DNA from: Bacillota bacterium
GTDB lineage: Bacteria > Bacillota > Clostridia > Peptostreptococcales > Anaerovoracaceae
Length of the DNA: 64,000 bases
Assembly (NCBI GenBank): GCA_017394515.1
Contig: JAFPXY010000011.1
Span: 29,550-93,549, forward strand
Direction of reading: 5' to 3'
The notes under the pieces: generated by a model
What the model was told of the DNA's origin: nothing
The model's input: only the letters and a program-made list of their open reading frames with translations
Databases searched by the model: none
In this document: positions 48,797 to 58,669 of the stretch, piece after piece
Layout: the number at the start of each line of letters is the position of its first letter
Position numbering within the stretch: position 1 is the first letter of the stretch
Translations under genes and position numbers: made by a program

Positions 48797-48822
48797 GACA
48801 GAATTGTTCAATATGTGGCTGC

Positions 48823-48890
48823 GGTACGAAAGTGCCGCAGCCTTAATACTGCAAACTGAGTCTCACAGAAGTGGGGCTTTTTGTTTTTTG
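48823..48890 (+). terminator. terminator region after tsf (hairpin plus downstream U-tract)
   Basis: GGCTGCGGTACgaaaGTGCCGCAGCC, then GGGGCTTTTTGTTTTTTG. Confidence 0.5.
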
Positions 48891-49005
48891 CTGATGGATC
48901 TTTAGTTGGAATCGTTTCTTCAAGTTATAATTCTTTATTGTGGAAATACGATAACAACTGTGGTAGAATTGAGATGTATTTGGACAAATAAAAGGGGGGA
49001 AACCT

Positions 49006-50526
49006 ATGACAAACAAATTAATTTCAAAGAAAACGATTATTGCTATTGCTTTGATAGCAGTTATGATCTGCTGCCTGTGGCTTTTGACACCTGAGAGGGC
49101 ATATGCAGCTTCCTCCAAGAAGGTGGATGCTCTTTCGTACAAGATGACACTTACGCTTGATACCAAAAGCAATTCCCTAAGTGAGATAGTGACAATCAAG
49201 TTCAAAAATAATACGGACAGCACCGTGAGGAAGATCTATTTAAGGGACATGACACCGGCGGTGCTCAAGTATGACATGAAGAATTATTCCGAGGATAACA
49301 AGGATCTTAAGACAAAGATCACCTCGGTAACTCTCAAAGGGTCAACGAAGAAGCTGGGACTCACATTTAAGAAGGGAAGGAGCGCTGTGCTTGTGGACCT
49401 GGGAGCCTCTGGCCAAGTGAAGCCCGGCGCGACGGGCACCATCAAGGTGAAACTCAAGACCGACATCCCTAACCGCGCTGACCGCTTCGGCTATCAGAAG
49501 ACAAAGAAGGGAAAACTCTACGCACTTTCTTTCTGCTTCCCTTATCTGGCAGATAACTTGAATGGAAGCTGGCAGCTGGATCCATTCTTCGATGACGGAG
49601 AATCCAGAAGCTGGGATCTGGCGGACTACAGTGTTACCTTCAAGGCACCTAAGTCATACAAGGTGGCAGCCACAGGAACCAGCACCACAACGGAGGGCAA
49701 GACGACCATTAAGGCCGATGACATCAGAGATTTTGCCATAGTGGCTTGCAATTTCATGGCAAAGGACAGCTTTACGGTTAAGGGCATCAAGGTAAACAAC
49801 TATTATCTTGACGGCAAGTATAAGACCAAGTACCGTAAGGCCACCAAGCTCATAAGCAAAGACGCCATCAAGGTATATACAGAACAGATTGGAGAGTATC
49901 CATATGATGAACTTGACGTGGTTCCTTGTCTTTTCGGCTTTAGCTTTGGAGGCATGGAATACCCCGGGCTCGTCATGACCAACGGATCATCCACTTTTTC
50001 AGGATCTCTTCCGGATTATTGGTCTCTGTCTGATGGCCTGAGCCATGAGATCGGACACCAGTGGTTCTACGCTGCTGTGGGCAACCGCGAGTACAGGGAA
50101 GGTTGGATCGATGAGGGATTCACGACCTATCTGGAGAGACAGATCTATGGTCTGTATAACGGAGAAGCATATAAGTATATCAGGCAGATCGACGATTTGT
50201 TTCCCACCATCAAGAGCAATAAGGCTTCAAGAGATGAACTCCTTAAGACCGCCAGGAAAGATTACAAAAATATCTATCTGAACGTGGCACCCAATAAGTA
50301 TCCTAAGGGACAGGAATACGGAGTGGCTGAATACGAAGCTTCCTACATGTTCCTTCAGGAACTCAGGGTCAGCATGGGAGATGAGAAGTTCGGGCAGTTC
50401 CTTAAAGATTTTTATGCAAAATATAAGATGAAGAGGGTCACCACAAAGACCGTGGTAAACTTCATCAAAAAATACGATAATTCCAAAAAGACGCAGGGAA
50501 TCATAGATTTCTATATCAAAAAATAA
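49006..50526 (+). CDS. secreted M1-family (gluzincin) metallopeptidase, aminopeptidase N-like
   Basis: Has a signal peptide, then HEIGHQWFYAAVGNREYREGWIDEGFTTY, i.e. HExxH-x18-E. A GGMEYPG motif (the GAMEN equivalent) lies upstream. Confidence 0.65.
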   Translation: MTNKLISKKTIIAIALIAVMICCLWLLTPERAYAASSKKVDALSYKMTLTLDTKSNSLSEIVTIKFKNNTDSTVRKIYLRDMTPAVLKYDMKNYSEDNKDLKTKITSVTLKGSTKKLGLTFKKGRSAVLVDLGASGQVKPGATGTIKVKLKTDIPNRADRFGYQKTKKGKLYALSFCFPYLADNLNGSWQLDPFFDDGESRSWDLADYSVTFKAPKSYKVAATGTSTTTEGKTTIKADDIRDFAIVACNFMAKDSFTVKGIKVNNYYLDGKYKTKYRKATKLISKDAIKVYTEQIGEYPYDELDVVPCLFGFSFGGMEYPGLVMTNGSSTFSGSLPDYWSLSDGLSHEIGHQWFYAAVGNREYREGWIDEGFTTYLERQIYGLYNGEAYKYIRQIDDLFPTIKSNKASRDELLKTARKDYKNIYLNVAPNKYPKGQEYGVAEYEASYMFLQELRVSMGDEKFGQFLKDFYAKYKMKRVTTKTVVNFIKKYDNSKKTQGIIDFYIKK

Positions 50527-50555
50527 TCACCAGAAGTAAAGGACCGGAAAGCAGC

Positions 50556-52541
50556 ATGATAGGAATTGGCATAGACACAGGCGGTACCTGTACAGATTCA
50601 GTAATTTTCGACACGAATACCAGAAAAGTTCTGTCCTGGGCTAAAACGCTGACCACCAAGAGCGATCTTAAGGTGGGGATTTTGAACGCCCTGAAAGCGC
50701 TGGATCAGGAACTTCTTAAGAAGGCTGAATACATAGCACTATCTACCACTCTGGCCACCAACGCCTGCGTTGAAGACAAGGGCGGCAGGGCTAAACTGAT
50801 CTTCATGGGACTGGACCCCAGGGCTGTTACCATGATGCAGGGAAGTTACGGTCTGCCTGACATAAAGGACATCTACTTCATTGACTGCAAGCCCGATATC
50901 AACCAAAGGTTGTCTAGGGAACCTGACTGGGAAAAGTTCCGCATGGACATCAGGGAGAATTTCAAAGACTTCGACAGCATAGCTATCGTACAGATCAATC
51001 CGCAATTAAACGGAGGAGCTTACGAGAGGAAAGCTGAGGAGATCATAAAGGAAGAACTGGGAGACATGGTCTGCGTCAGAGGTTATGACCTCTACCAAGA
51101 GGTAAATGTCCAGAGAAGAGGCGCCACAGCCCTGTTAAATGCCAGGCTCATGCCCCTTGTAATTGATTTCTTCCAGTCCATAGAGGCCTCCATGAAGGAG
51201 ATGGGGCTTGATCTCAACATCTACGTTATGAAATCGGACGGCACCGTCATGAGCAGGGATTACGCCATGCGGCGCCCCGTTGAGACACTCCTTTGCGGGC
51301 CGGCTGCCAGCATACGGGGCGCCATGGAGCTCACAGGCATCTCAGATGGCCTGGTCGTAGACATGGGAGGCACCACCAGCGACGTAGCCTTGATCAGAAA
51401 CGGTAAGCCCATTTCATCCAATGGCGTAAGGGTAGGCCGCTGGAACACCATGGTAAAGGGCGTGGACATAGATACCTTTGCATTAGGCGGAGATACCGGA
51501 GTGCTACTTAGAAACGATGAACTGGTATTGGATGAGAGGAGGGTAATACCTATCTCCATCCTGGCTCATGATCATCCCGAAGTCATCAAAGGCCTGGAGG
51601 AGATCGTAAGAAAGTTCTTTTCTTTCCCTTTGACAGAGGGCCTCTATCTGACCCTCATAAGGAAGCCGGAGGATATGTCAGTATATACGGCCAAGGAACA
51701 GGACATCATAAGATATCTGGAGGATGGGCCTTTGAGCTTCCTTCAGCTTTCGCAAAGAATGGGCATAAGCCACAGATTCTTTAACCTGAGAAGATTGGAG
51801 ACCGAAGGTATCATCATGCGCTCCGGAGTTACTCCCACGGACGCCATGCATCTTCTGGGAGATTATAACGCATATTCCACAGAGGCTGCGGAGCTTGGTA
51901 TCAGATACCTGGTTACCCAGACCAGAATGAGCGAAGAAAAGGTAGCGAGACGCATCTATGATCTGGTCATCGAAAGACTCGTAAACAATCTTACTCACAT
52001 CGAGTTCAGATATGAGATGGGCGATGAGTACCGTGAAGAGGATCTTAAGACTATCGAAAAGCTCACGAAGATGATCTTCAGGGCCTATAGATCTGAGATC
52101 GTTCCGGAATATATCAAACCAAGGCTGATATCAGGTTTCAAGCTGGTGGGAGTGGGAGCGCCTACGGCCATCTTCCTGAAGGACACAGCCAAACTCATGG
52201 AGACCGACCAGGAGACCAGCGAGTACTCCAAGGTGGCCAACGCTGTAGGAGCCGCCGCGGGTGATATCGTGACGGAGTATACGGTAGTTATCCGGGTTCA
52301 GGGTGAGGAATACATCATGAGCGGCGGCGACGAGACTAAGGTCTTTGATAGCTATATTGAGGCTGTAGAAGAAGCGGAGCGCATTGCTGTAGCCAAGGCT
52401 GAAGAAAAGGCCAGGATGCAGACTTTGGAGGGCACCTTAAAGACTGAGGTCGACATCGATGAAGATAAATTCATGCTGCCTGCAGGCTCCAGCGTGCTCA
52501 TCAGCACCAAAGTAACAGCTAGCGTGCAGATAATGATCTGA
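50556..52541 (+). CDS. hydantoinase/oxoprolinase family protein (HyuA-like)
   Basis: The N-terminal MIGIGIDTGGTCTDSV and the hydantoinase_A region are present. No HyuB partner is adjacent. Confidence 0.7.
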   Translation: MIGIGIDTGGTCTDSVIFDTNTRKVLSWAKTLTTKSDLKVGILNALKALDQELLKKAEYIALSTTLATNACVEDKGGRAKLIFMGLDPRAVTMMQGSYGLPDIKDIYFIDCKPDINQRLSREPDWEKFRMDIRENFKDFDSIAIVQINPQLNGGAYERKAEEIIKEELGDMVCVRGYDLYQEVNVQRRGATALLNARLMPLVIDFFQSIEASMKEMGLDLNIYVMKSDGTVMSRDYAMRRPVETLLCGPAASIRGAMELTGISDGLVVDMGGTTSDVALIRNGKPISSNGVRVGRWNTMVKGVDIDTFALGGDTGVLLRNDELVLDERRVIPISILAHDHPEVIKGLEEIVRKFFSFPLTEGLYLTLIRKPEDMSVYTAKEQDIIRYLEDGPLSFLQLSQRMGISHRFFNLRRLETEGIIMRSGVTPTDAMHLLGDYNAYSTEAAELGIRYLVTQTRMSEEKVARRIYDLVIERLVNNLTHIEFRYEMGDEYREEDLKTIEKLTKMIFRAYRSEIVPEYIKPRLISGFKLVGVGAPTAIFLKDTAKLMETDQETSEYSKVANAVGAAAGDIVTEYTVVIRVQGEEYIMSGGDETKVFDSYIEAVEEAERIAVAKAEEKARMQTLEGTLKTEVDIDEDKFMLPAGSSVLISTKVTASVQIMI

Positions 52542-52583
52542 TGAGAGTTTTTTGCGAGATACAGAATGTGAATAGGTGACAAA

Positions 52584-53048
52584 ATGGATTACAAACTTAT
52601 GGTAAAACAGGCGGAATACCTGGGGGAGGATGAAAGAGACTTCGTTCCCTTCCTTTCAAATGTTTCAGCCCTCATTTATGACAGCCTCGACAGGCTCAAC
52701 TGGGCCGGCTTCTATCTAATGGACAAAGGAAGCCTGCTCCTGGGACCTTTCCAGGGGAAAGTTGCCTGCATCAGGATAGAGATCGGTAAAGGCGTATGCG
52801 GTACGGCAGTCGCGGAGGATCGCACCATCAGGGTGGCAGATGTCCATCAATTTCCCGGACACATCGCCTGCGACTCAGCATCGGAATCGGAGATCGTGAT
52901 ACCCATCCATTCCGAAGGAAAGATAGTGGGCGTGCTGGATATCGACAGCCCATATAAGGAAAGATTCAGTGAAGAGGACGAAGTAGGGCTCACCGCCCTG
53001 GTAAAGATCATAGAGAAGTATTGTGACTTTTCCAGACTTAGACTGTAG
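52584..53048 (+). CDS. msrC: GAF-domain free methionine-(R)-sulfoxide reductase (fRMsr/YebR-like)
   Basis: The fRMsr signature cysteines and GAF fold are present (GKVACIRIEIGKGVCGTA...HIACDSASESEIVIPI). Confidence 0.75.
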   Translation: MDYKLMVKQAEYLGEDERDFVPFLSNVSALIYDSLDRLNWAGFYLMDKGSLLLGPFQGKVACIRIEIGKGVCGTAVAEDRTIRVADVHQFPGHIACDSASESEIVIPIHSEGKIVGVLDIDSPYKERFSEEDEVGLTALVKIIEKYCDFSRLRL

Positions 53049-53060
53049 GAGATGACGACC

Positions 53061-53744
53061 ATGAAAAAAACTATAAGACTTACAGGAATTATTACATTAA
53101 TTTTACTGGTAGCCTGCCTGTTTTTAGGAGGCTGCGGCTCTGGCGCAAAGTCCACAGAAAGCCCGGAATCTGTGGCTGATGCTTTGATGAAAGCTCTTCA
53201 AGATGGTGAGCTGGATAAGGTAGCTAGCCTTACTACTGAAGAGGCATTGAATGAAGACCTGGCCTATATCGCCGAGATCCAGAGTTTCGCTGATGGTTTG
53301 GTGGAATCGCTGGGAGCAAGCACCGACCAGCTTCCTGATGAGGCCAAGAAGGCAGTGGAAGATCTTCAGAAGGTGATGATCGAGGACTATGTCAAATCCT
53401 ACGAGATAAGCAATGTCACGGATAATGGAGATACAGCTACCGTGGAATGCGAAGTAGCCTATGGATTTGATCCTGAATCCATCGAGGAAAGCGATTATGC
53501 TGATGAAGTAAAAACATTGATGCAAACATATATCGTAGATAACTACGAAGAGCTGACAAAGATAATGACTGAAGAGGGAGAAGAAGCCTTAACTCAGAGA
53601 TTGATCAACGATACTCTTCCCATGATCTGCGAAAACCTGACCAAGGCTTTGAAAGAGAATCAGGGAAAGAATGAAAAGGTCATAATAGGCACCGAAAAAA
53701 TCGATGGAAAATGGATAGTTTCCGAGGCCAGAATCGCCGAATAA
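53061..53744 (+). CDS. acidic lipoprotein of unknown function
   Basis: Has a signal peptide plus lipobox (LVACLFLGGCGS). It is highly acidic and helical, with no recognisable domain. Confidence 0.5.
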   Translation: MKKTIRLTGIITLILLVACLFLGGCGSGAKSTESPESVADALMKALQDGELDKVASLTTEEALNEDLAYIAEIQSFADGLVESLGASTDQLPDEAKKAVEDLQKVMIEDYVKSYEISNVTDNGDTATVECEVAYGFDPESIEESDYADEVKTLMQTYIVDNYEELTKIMTEEGEEALTQRLINDTLPMICENLTKALKENQGKNEKVIIGTEKIDGKWIVSEARIAE

Positions 53745-53785
53745 GAAAAAAATACCCGCGCTTTACACGCGGGGATTTTTTTACA
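53745..53785. terminator. bidirectional terminator between the lipoprotein gene (+) and proC (-)
   Basis: AAAAAAATACCCGCGCtttacaCGCGGGGATTTTTTT has A/T runs on both sides. Confidence 0.8.
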
Positions 53786-54575
53786 TTTTATTTCCTTTTT
53801 CAGTTGCCTTTACTATGGCTTCCATTACTGCGTATCGGAAGCCGCCTCTTTCCAGGGCTTCCACAGCTTCTATGGTCGTGCCCTTAGGGGAGGTGACCAT
53901 GTCTTTAAGCTGACCCGGATGAAGATCCATATCGAGGAGCATCTTGGAGGCTCCGAGAAGGGTCTGGGCAGCCAGCCTGTAAGCCACGTCGCGCTTGAGG
54001 CCGGTCTTGACTGCGCCGTCAGCGAGGGCTTCGATGAACATGGCAGCATATGCAGGTGCGCCGCCTGACAGGGCGCCTATGGCGTTTATATCTTCTTCGC
54101 GGATCCACTGAACGATGCCGATGCTTGAGAAGATGTCCTCTGCAAAGTCCAGCTCCTCCTTAGTCAGGTCAGAACCTTCGCAAAGAGCGGTGACTCCTTC
54201 GCCTACCATAACAGGTGTATTGGGCATGGTCCTTAAGATCCTTGCAGGACCGGGCATCATGGATCTGAGACGTTCTGTGGTAAGTCCTGCTGCCACAGAG
54301 ATAACGGCCTTGGATTCATTTGTTTTTTCGATGTGTCCCAGAGCTTCAGCCATGAACTGAGGCTTAACTGCCAGCAGAATCACATCTGAGGACTTCCAAA
54401 GTTCGTCCTCGGAGGATACCGTATTGAAGCCCAGATCCTCTGCCTTCAGCATAGCTGGGTTAGATCTGTTATATACGTAAACGTGTCCTGGTTTGACGAC
54501 TCCCTTGAGAAGCGCGCCTTCGGCGATTGCCGAACCCATGTTACCGAAACCGAGAATGCCTAATTTAAATGCCAT
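53781..54575 (-). CDS. proC: pyrroline-5-carboxylate reductase
   Basis: The N-terminal Rossmann motif LGILGFGNMGSAIAEG and the P5CR C-terminal dimerisation domain are present. Confidence 0.88.
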   Translation of the reverse strand: MAFKLGILGFGNMGSAIAEGALLKGVVKPGHVYVYNRSNPAMLKAEDLGFNTVSSEDELWKSSDVILLAVKPQFMAEALGHIEKTNESKAVISVAAGLTTERLRSMMPGPARILRTMPNTPVMVGEGVTALCEGSDLTKEELDFAEDIFSSIGIVQWIREEDINAIGALSGGAPAYAAMFIEALADGAVKTGLKRDVAYRLAAQTLLGASKMLLDMDLHPGQLKDMVTSPKGTTIEAVEALERGGFRYAVMEAIVKATEKGNKM

Positions 54576-54669
54576 AATATGATTCCTCCATTCTGTGAAA
54601 CTTAAGTAGATTATAAAATAAAGCGGCCATTAAATCAATGCTTCCTTTTTTAATGGCGCAAAAAACTAT

Positions 54670-54699
54670 TGACAGGACTTTAGTTTTTTGCTAAGATAA
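54670..54699 (+). promoter_or_regulatory. strong consensus-like promoter driving a non-coding transcript
   Basis: TTGACA, 17 bp, TAAGAT. No ORF with an RBS lies within 250 nt downstream. Confidence 0.45.
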
Positions 54700-54705
54700 C
54701 TCACG

Positions 54706-54805
54706 AAAATAGTTGGTTTGAAGAGAAACCGGCATGTGAATGTAAATGACAAGATACAGGATAACTGTACCCATTTGCATCCACATGCCGGTTTTGTCAT
54801 GTTTT
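54706..54805 (+). ncRNA. candidate about 100-nt small RNA ending in an intrinsic terminator
   Basis: A 10-bp perfect stem CCGGCATGTG...CACATGCCGG encloses a 43-nt structured loop and is followed by TTTTGTCATGTTTT. It lies downstream of the 54670 promoter. The next gene has its own promoter (TTGCAT-17-TATATT at 54927-54955). Confidence 0.35.
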
Positions 54806-54966
54806 GAACCTTGACAATTGAATAGCTCCTTCGATTCCCAAAGCCCGGGGAAGTACGGCCATGACCTGCTTGATCTAAGCAGCAAGCGTGCCAAGGACAG
54901 GGGGAGAGAACCGAATTAAAATTTTTTGCATATTTTATTTTTTGTGATATATTAGGAGGTGAAGAG

Positions 54967-55533
54967 ATGGCATTCAGACCAACTATCGCAGTGATGGCCC
55001 AGGGAGGCATCGCAGACATCGGTTATTACAGAAACTGGGACATGGAAGACCTTTTCATAGAGGCATTAGCCTTGGCGGTGATCCACAGGGGCACAAAGAC
55101 CGTCGAGGAGTTCAGGCAAGAGGTCTTCGGGAAACAGAAAATCAGTTATGTCATATCGCCGGAACTCGTTGAGAACACTCAGGAGAACCTTGAATGGCTG
55201 CTGGATTGTTCAGAGTTCCCTTTAACAGTCGATCTTCAAAATGAGGGTATTTACTGTGGCTATCAAGCATCACAGGAGGAGTTTGCACGCATTCCGGACT
55301 TTGATGTTCTGGATGGATATAGCAGGGGTGAGAATTTCTACTGGAATCTTTTGAGCAAATACAAGATACCTTTCAAAAAATTAGATTTCGATTATTTGAG
55401 AGATCTGTTTTTGAAGGATGGAGACCTCAGGAGCCGCTTGTCAATAGACACAAAGAAGCGGTTGGAGGATAAGTTCAAGGAAAGGATCGGTGAACTTGAT
55501 GATGAAGCAGGAGTACATAACAAAGGTAGCTGA
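54967..55533 (+). CDS. hypothetical cytoplasmic protein (188 aa), no recognisable domain
   Basis: The ORF has an RBS (AGGAGGTG) 6 nt upstream. Function unknown. Confidence 0.5.
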   Translation: MAFRPTIAVMAQGGIADIGYYRNWDMEDLFIEALALAVIHRGTKTVEEFRQEVFGKQKISYVISPELVENTQENLEWLLDCSEFPLTVDLQNEGIYCGYQASQEEFARIPDFDVLDGYSRGENFYWNLLSKYKIPFKKLDFDYLRDLFLKDGDLRSRLSIDTKKRLEDKFKERIGELDDEAGVHNKGS

Positions 55534-55897
55534 AGCCTTCAGAAAGGGCAAATTCATGCCGGTTTCGGGCGTGGATCATATAAAGGCTGACTATGATGAG
55601 GCTTACATCGATGAGCGAACGGACTACGACTTTGAGCACGTGTACGTCCACCTGATGAAGGAGGAGAGGGAAGGTGACTTCCTGGAGATCTTCTCCGTAG
55701 AGCTTCAAGATGAGTTTCTGGAGAGCCAGTTTGCGGCGGCCAAGGGGTTTACCGATTTCTACACCAGAACCATGGAAGCAAAATTATGGTATCTGAGGCT
55801 GAAATTCGATCCGGAGAGGTCCTATGAGATTGAGGGTATCTATGAGATGTATTCAAGGGATCATGCAATCGTAGCGTTCTACGTAAAGAAAATGTAG
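55499..55897 (+). CDS. hypothetical acidic protein (about 132 aa), overlaps the upstream ORF in the +1 frame
   Basis: An ORF with a 35-44-nt overlap with the preceding gene. The start is uncertain (GTG 55490, ATG 55499 or ATG 55502). Confidence 0.4.
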   Translation: MMKQEYITKVAEAFRKGKFMPVSGVDHIKADYDEAYIDERTDYDFEHVYVHLMKEEREGDFLEIFSVELQDEFLESQFAAAKGFTDFYTRTMEAKLWYLRLKFDPERSYEIEGIYEMYSRDHAIVAFYVKKM

Positions 55898-56025
55898 CGC
55901 TGCTGAAATATGTAGAAATGATGTTTTTTTGCGGGGCTGGTGTATTAACTATTGAAAAAATGTGCTTCAGGTGATAAACTGAAAGATAGTTTAAAACTGT
56001 TTCTAGTAAAACGGAGGAGATAAAA

Positions 56026-57042
56026 ATGTTTAACAAACTTACCGCGAAAGTAAAGGCGGAACCTAAGACAATTGTATTTACTGAGGGTACAGATGCACGT
56101 ATTCTCAGTGCTACTGACAGACTTCTTAAGGAAGAACTCATGGGCGTAGTGCTTGTAGGAAACGTTGACGAAGTTAAGGCTGCTGCAGAAGCAGGCGGAT
56201 TCGACATCTCTAAGGCTGAGATCATCGATCCTGCTACCTATGAAGGAATGGAAGAAATGGTTAACACCATGGTTGAACTCAGAAAGGGCAAGATGACTCC
56301 CGATGAGTGCAGAGCAAACCTTCAGAAGGGTAACTACTTCGGAACCATGCTCGTTAAGATGGGTAAGGCTGATTGCCTTCTCGGAGGAGCTACATATTCC
56401 ACAGCAGACACCATTCGTCCTGCACTTCAGCTTGTAAAGACCAAGCCCGGTGCTCATCTGGTATCCTCAGTCTTCATTTTGGACCGTCCTGAGGGAATGG
56501 GTCCTGATTTCCTGAAGACCATCTGCTTCGGTGACTGCGCTGTAAACATCGATTACAAAGACGACCTTGATAAGGAAGGAAACGTTAAGTTCTCAGCAGC
56601 TCAGAAGCTTGCAGAAGTTGCAGTAGAAGCAGCAGGTTGCGCAGCTAAGTTTGGTATCGACCCTAAGGTTGCAGTATTAAGCTTCTCCACCAAGGGATCC
56701 GGTAAGGGTGGCACAGTTGCTCTTTCACAGGAAGCTACAAAGATCGTTAAGGAAACTCATCCTGAGATCCTCATCGACGGCGAAATGCAGTTCGACGCAG
56801 CTGTTTCCGAAACAGTTGGTCAGCTGAAGTTCCCTGGCTCACCTGTAGCAGGAAATGCAACCACTTTCATCTTCCCTTGCATCGAAGCAGGAAACATCGG
56901 CTACAAGATCGCACAGCGTCTTGGCGGATATGCAGCTTATGGTCCTATCCTTCTTGGACTCAATGCTCCCATCAACGACCTTTCCAGAGGTTGTGATGCT
57001 GACGAAGTTTACAAGATGGCTATCGTTACAGCTGCTCTGTAA
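56026..57042 (+). CDS. pta: phosphate acetyltransferase (or phosphate butyryltransferase)
   Basis: Has the Pta/Ptb family length and the conserved motif stretch SVFILDRPEGMGPDF...AVLSFSTKGSGKG...GNIGYK. Confidence 0.75.
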   Translation: MFNKLTAKVKAEPKTIVFTEGTDARILSATDRLLKEELMGVVLVGNVDEVKAAAEAGGFDISKAEIIDPATYEGMEEMVNTMVELRKGKMTPDECRANLQKGNYFGTMLVKMGKADCLLGGATYSTADTIRPALQLVKTKPGAHLVSSVFILDRPEGMGPDFLKTICFGDCAVNIDYKDDLDKEGNVKFSAAQKLAEVAVEAAGCAAKFGIDPKVAVLSFSTKGSGKGGTVALSQEATKIVKETHPEILIDGEMQFDAAVSETVGQLKFPGSPVAGNATTFIFPCIEAGNIGYKIAQRLGGYAAYGPILLGLNAPINDLSRGCDADEVYKMAIVTAAL

Positions 57043-57055
57043 AAAAACTATAAAA

Positions 57056-57090
57056 AGGACTATCTCAAATGAGATGGTCCTTTTTTGTTG
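57056..57090. terminator. bidirectional terminator (copy 3 of the recurring hairpin family)
   Basis: AAAAAGGACTATCTCaaaTGAGATGGTCCTTTTTT. Confidence 0.7.
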
Positions 57091-58554
57091 CTACTTAAGC
57101 AGTTCAATTACTCTGGTTTGGATCATGTCTTCTAATGCTTTGATCCTCCAGGAGGGAAAGTTCGCATAATCGTTTTCTTCAAATTTAAAGCCTATCAGTT
57201 TTCTCAACTGCTCTCTCTGAAGTGGTCCCATGACACGGCGGGCAAGGGAAATGAATTCATGTTTATAGCCGTATGGATTTGTACGCTTTTTTATGTATAC
57301 ATCTAGTTCATTACCAAAATCACTTTTCATTCCATAGCAAAGCAATGACAGACCGTTGTCAAATATCGGTGCAGGAGAGATGAACTCTCCACTATGGTTG
57401 TCACGAAGGAGGCCGAAGTTTCCAAAGTGGCGATCTTCGTTAAGTATCACAGCATCGAAGACCAGCATGCTGGCCAGCTCCTGATAAAAACTGTCACCGA
57501 GTTCTTTGTAGAAATCTATACATGAATCGATATCGCTTTTTTTAACTACTCGGCCAATTGGAACATAGGATGTATCTATATCGGTAAAGAGTTTGCACTT
57601 AGAGGAGACTATTCCATGCCAGTTAACAAGGTCATATTCAATGGCGTGAAGCCCCATAGCTTTAGCAACCTGACTTGCATAAAATTCGCAATATGGTTCA
57701 TTTCCTGCATTTGCAAAGCCTTCAGTCCCACCCTTATATAGATAAATGCCTTCCGAACTCGAGAAACTCCAGGCCTTTCTCAGCATGCCGTTGGTGGTGA
57801 GCTCCGGTGAAGTACGGAATTTATCGATAGTTACGCTATAACCGGTATAGGCCACCAATGATAAAGCAGAATTGAAGGAGTTTTCATAAAGATTATATTC
57901 TTCAAATGTCCCATCAAATTCCACTTGCGGAGTCCAATAACTGTCATTTAGTGATAGTCCCATGCAAATATCTATAATGCCTTTTAAACTATTGATATCA
58001 AGACCTAGAGAATCAAGTATTTTATCTACCATCTCTCTGTTTCTGGGTATTATCCTATGACTGAGCCAACGTATAACACCATCTCCGGTCAGTTCTAAAT
58101 CTAAAGGGAAGAGATGGCGCTTTTCTTCATTCACCCAAAGTATTTCGGCCTTCAGAGAGAACTCGGTATTTTCAAGTCTGAACTTCATGAGATTCTCATC
58201 ATAGAGCTTAAGCCAGTACTCAGAAGAGTCACCATATTCGACGACCTTATCTGAAATTCTGAATTCCACCTGCTTGTCCAGGGCTTCAGCCATCATGGCC
58301 ACGTAGTCCACGGTCAGGTTCTGGCGTCCACTTTCTATTCTGGAAATATTGGACTTGGAGGTTCCCAGGGATTCAGCGAGTTCAGACTGGCTCATCTGGC
58401 GAAGCCAGCGCTCCACCTGAAGGCTGTTGGCTACCTTCTTGCGAAGGGCAAAGGGATCAAAGGGCGCGGACTTAGCCCCGGGAGCACTTAAATATTTAGG
58501 TTTGGATTCTTTATTATTATCTTTGTTTGTTTTATCTCTGTTATTGTCTGGCAT
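57091..58554 (-). CDS. single-chain XRE-family HTH::HipA-like Ser/Thr kinase fusion (YjjJ/HipH-like)
   Basis: An N-terminal HTH (MSQSELAESLGTSKSNISRIESGRQNLTVDY) is followed by a large HipA-like domain. The HipA_C catalytic region reads VFDAVILNEDRHFGNFGLL...ISPAPIFDNG, with the D-x-H-x-x-N catalytic loop. The start at 58554 (MPDNN) places the operator palindromes upstream. Confidence 0.7.
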   Translation of the reverse strand: MPDNNRDKTNKDNNKESKPKYLSAPGAKSAPFDPFALRKKVANSLQVERWLRQMSQSELAESLGTSKSNISRIESGRQNLTVDYVAMMAEALDKQVEFRISDKVVEYGDSSEYWLKLYDENLMKFRLENTEFSLKAEILWVNEEKRHLFPLDLELTGDGVIRWLSHRIIPRNREMVDKILDSLGLDINSLKGIIDICMGLSLNDSYWTPQVEFDGTFEEYNLYENSFNSALSLVAYTGYSVTIDKFRTSPELTTNGMLRKAWSFSSSEGIYLYKGGTEGFANAGNEPYCEFYASQVAKAMGLHAIEYDLVNWHGIVSSKCKLFTDIDTSYVPIGRVVKKSDIDSCIDFYKELGDSFYQELASMLVFDAVILNEDRHFGNFGLLRDNHSGEFISPAPIFDNGLSLLCYGMKSDFGNELDVYIKKRTNPYGYKHEFISLARRVMGPLQREQLRKLIGFKFEENDYANFPSWRIKALEDMIQTRVIELLK

Positions 58555-58590
58555 GTTACTACCAACTTTCGAATATATGATATACGGTCG

Positions 58591-58669
58591 GGGTATCATA
58601 TATGATAACCCTATTATAAACTTTCACAATCATAAAGTCAATAATTCTGTTATCATATATGATAACCCA
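58591..58669. promoter_or_regulatory. two near-identical palindromic operators (GTTATCATATATGATAAC) in the divergent promoter region
   Basis: GGGTATCATATATGATAACCC at 58591-58611 and GTTATCATATATGATAACCC at 58649-58668 are centred 57 bp apart. Weaker half-sites lie at 58571 and 58693. Confidence 0.6.

Noticed and set aside
54800-54930. SRP (4.5S/scRNA) domain IV similarity (AGCAGC...CCAAGG...CAGG)
   Set aside because: Only short motif fragments match. The GGAAGGAAGCAGCCAAGGCAG core is not present and the symmetric internal-loop context is absent.
54576-54960. T-box or proline-responsive leader for proC on the minus strand
   Set aside because: No T-box core sequence AGGGTGGNACCGCG (or its complement) is present. 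proC has its own promoter (TTGATT-17-TATAAT) only about 40 bp upstream of its RBS.
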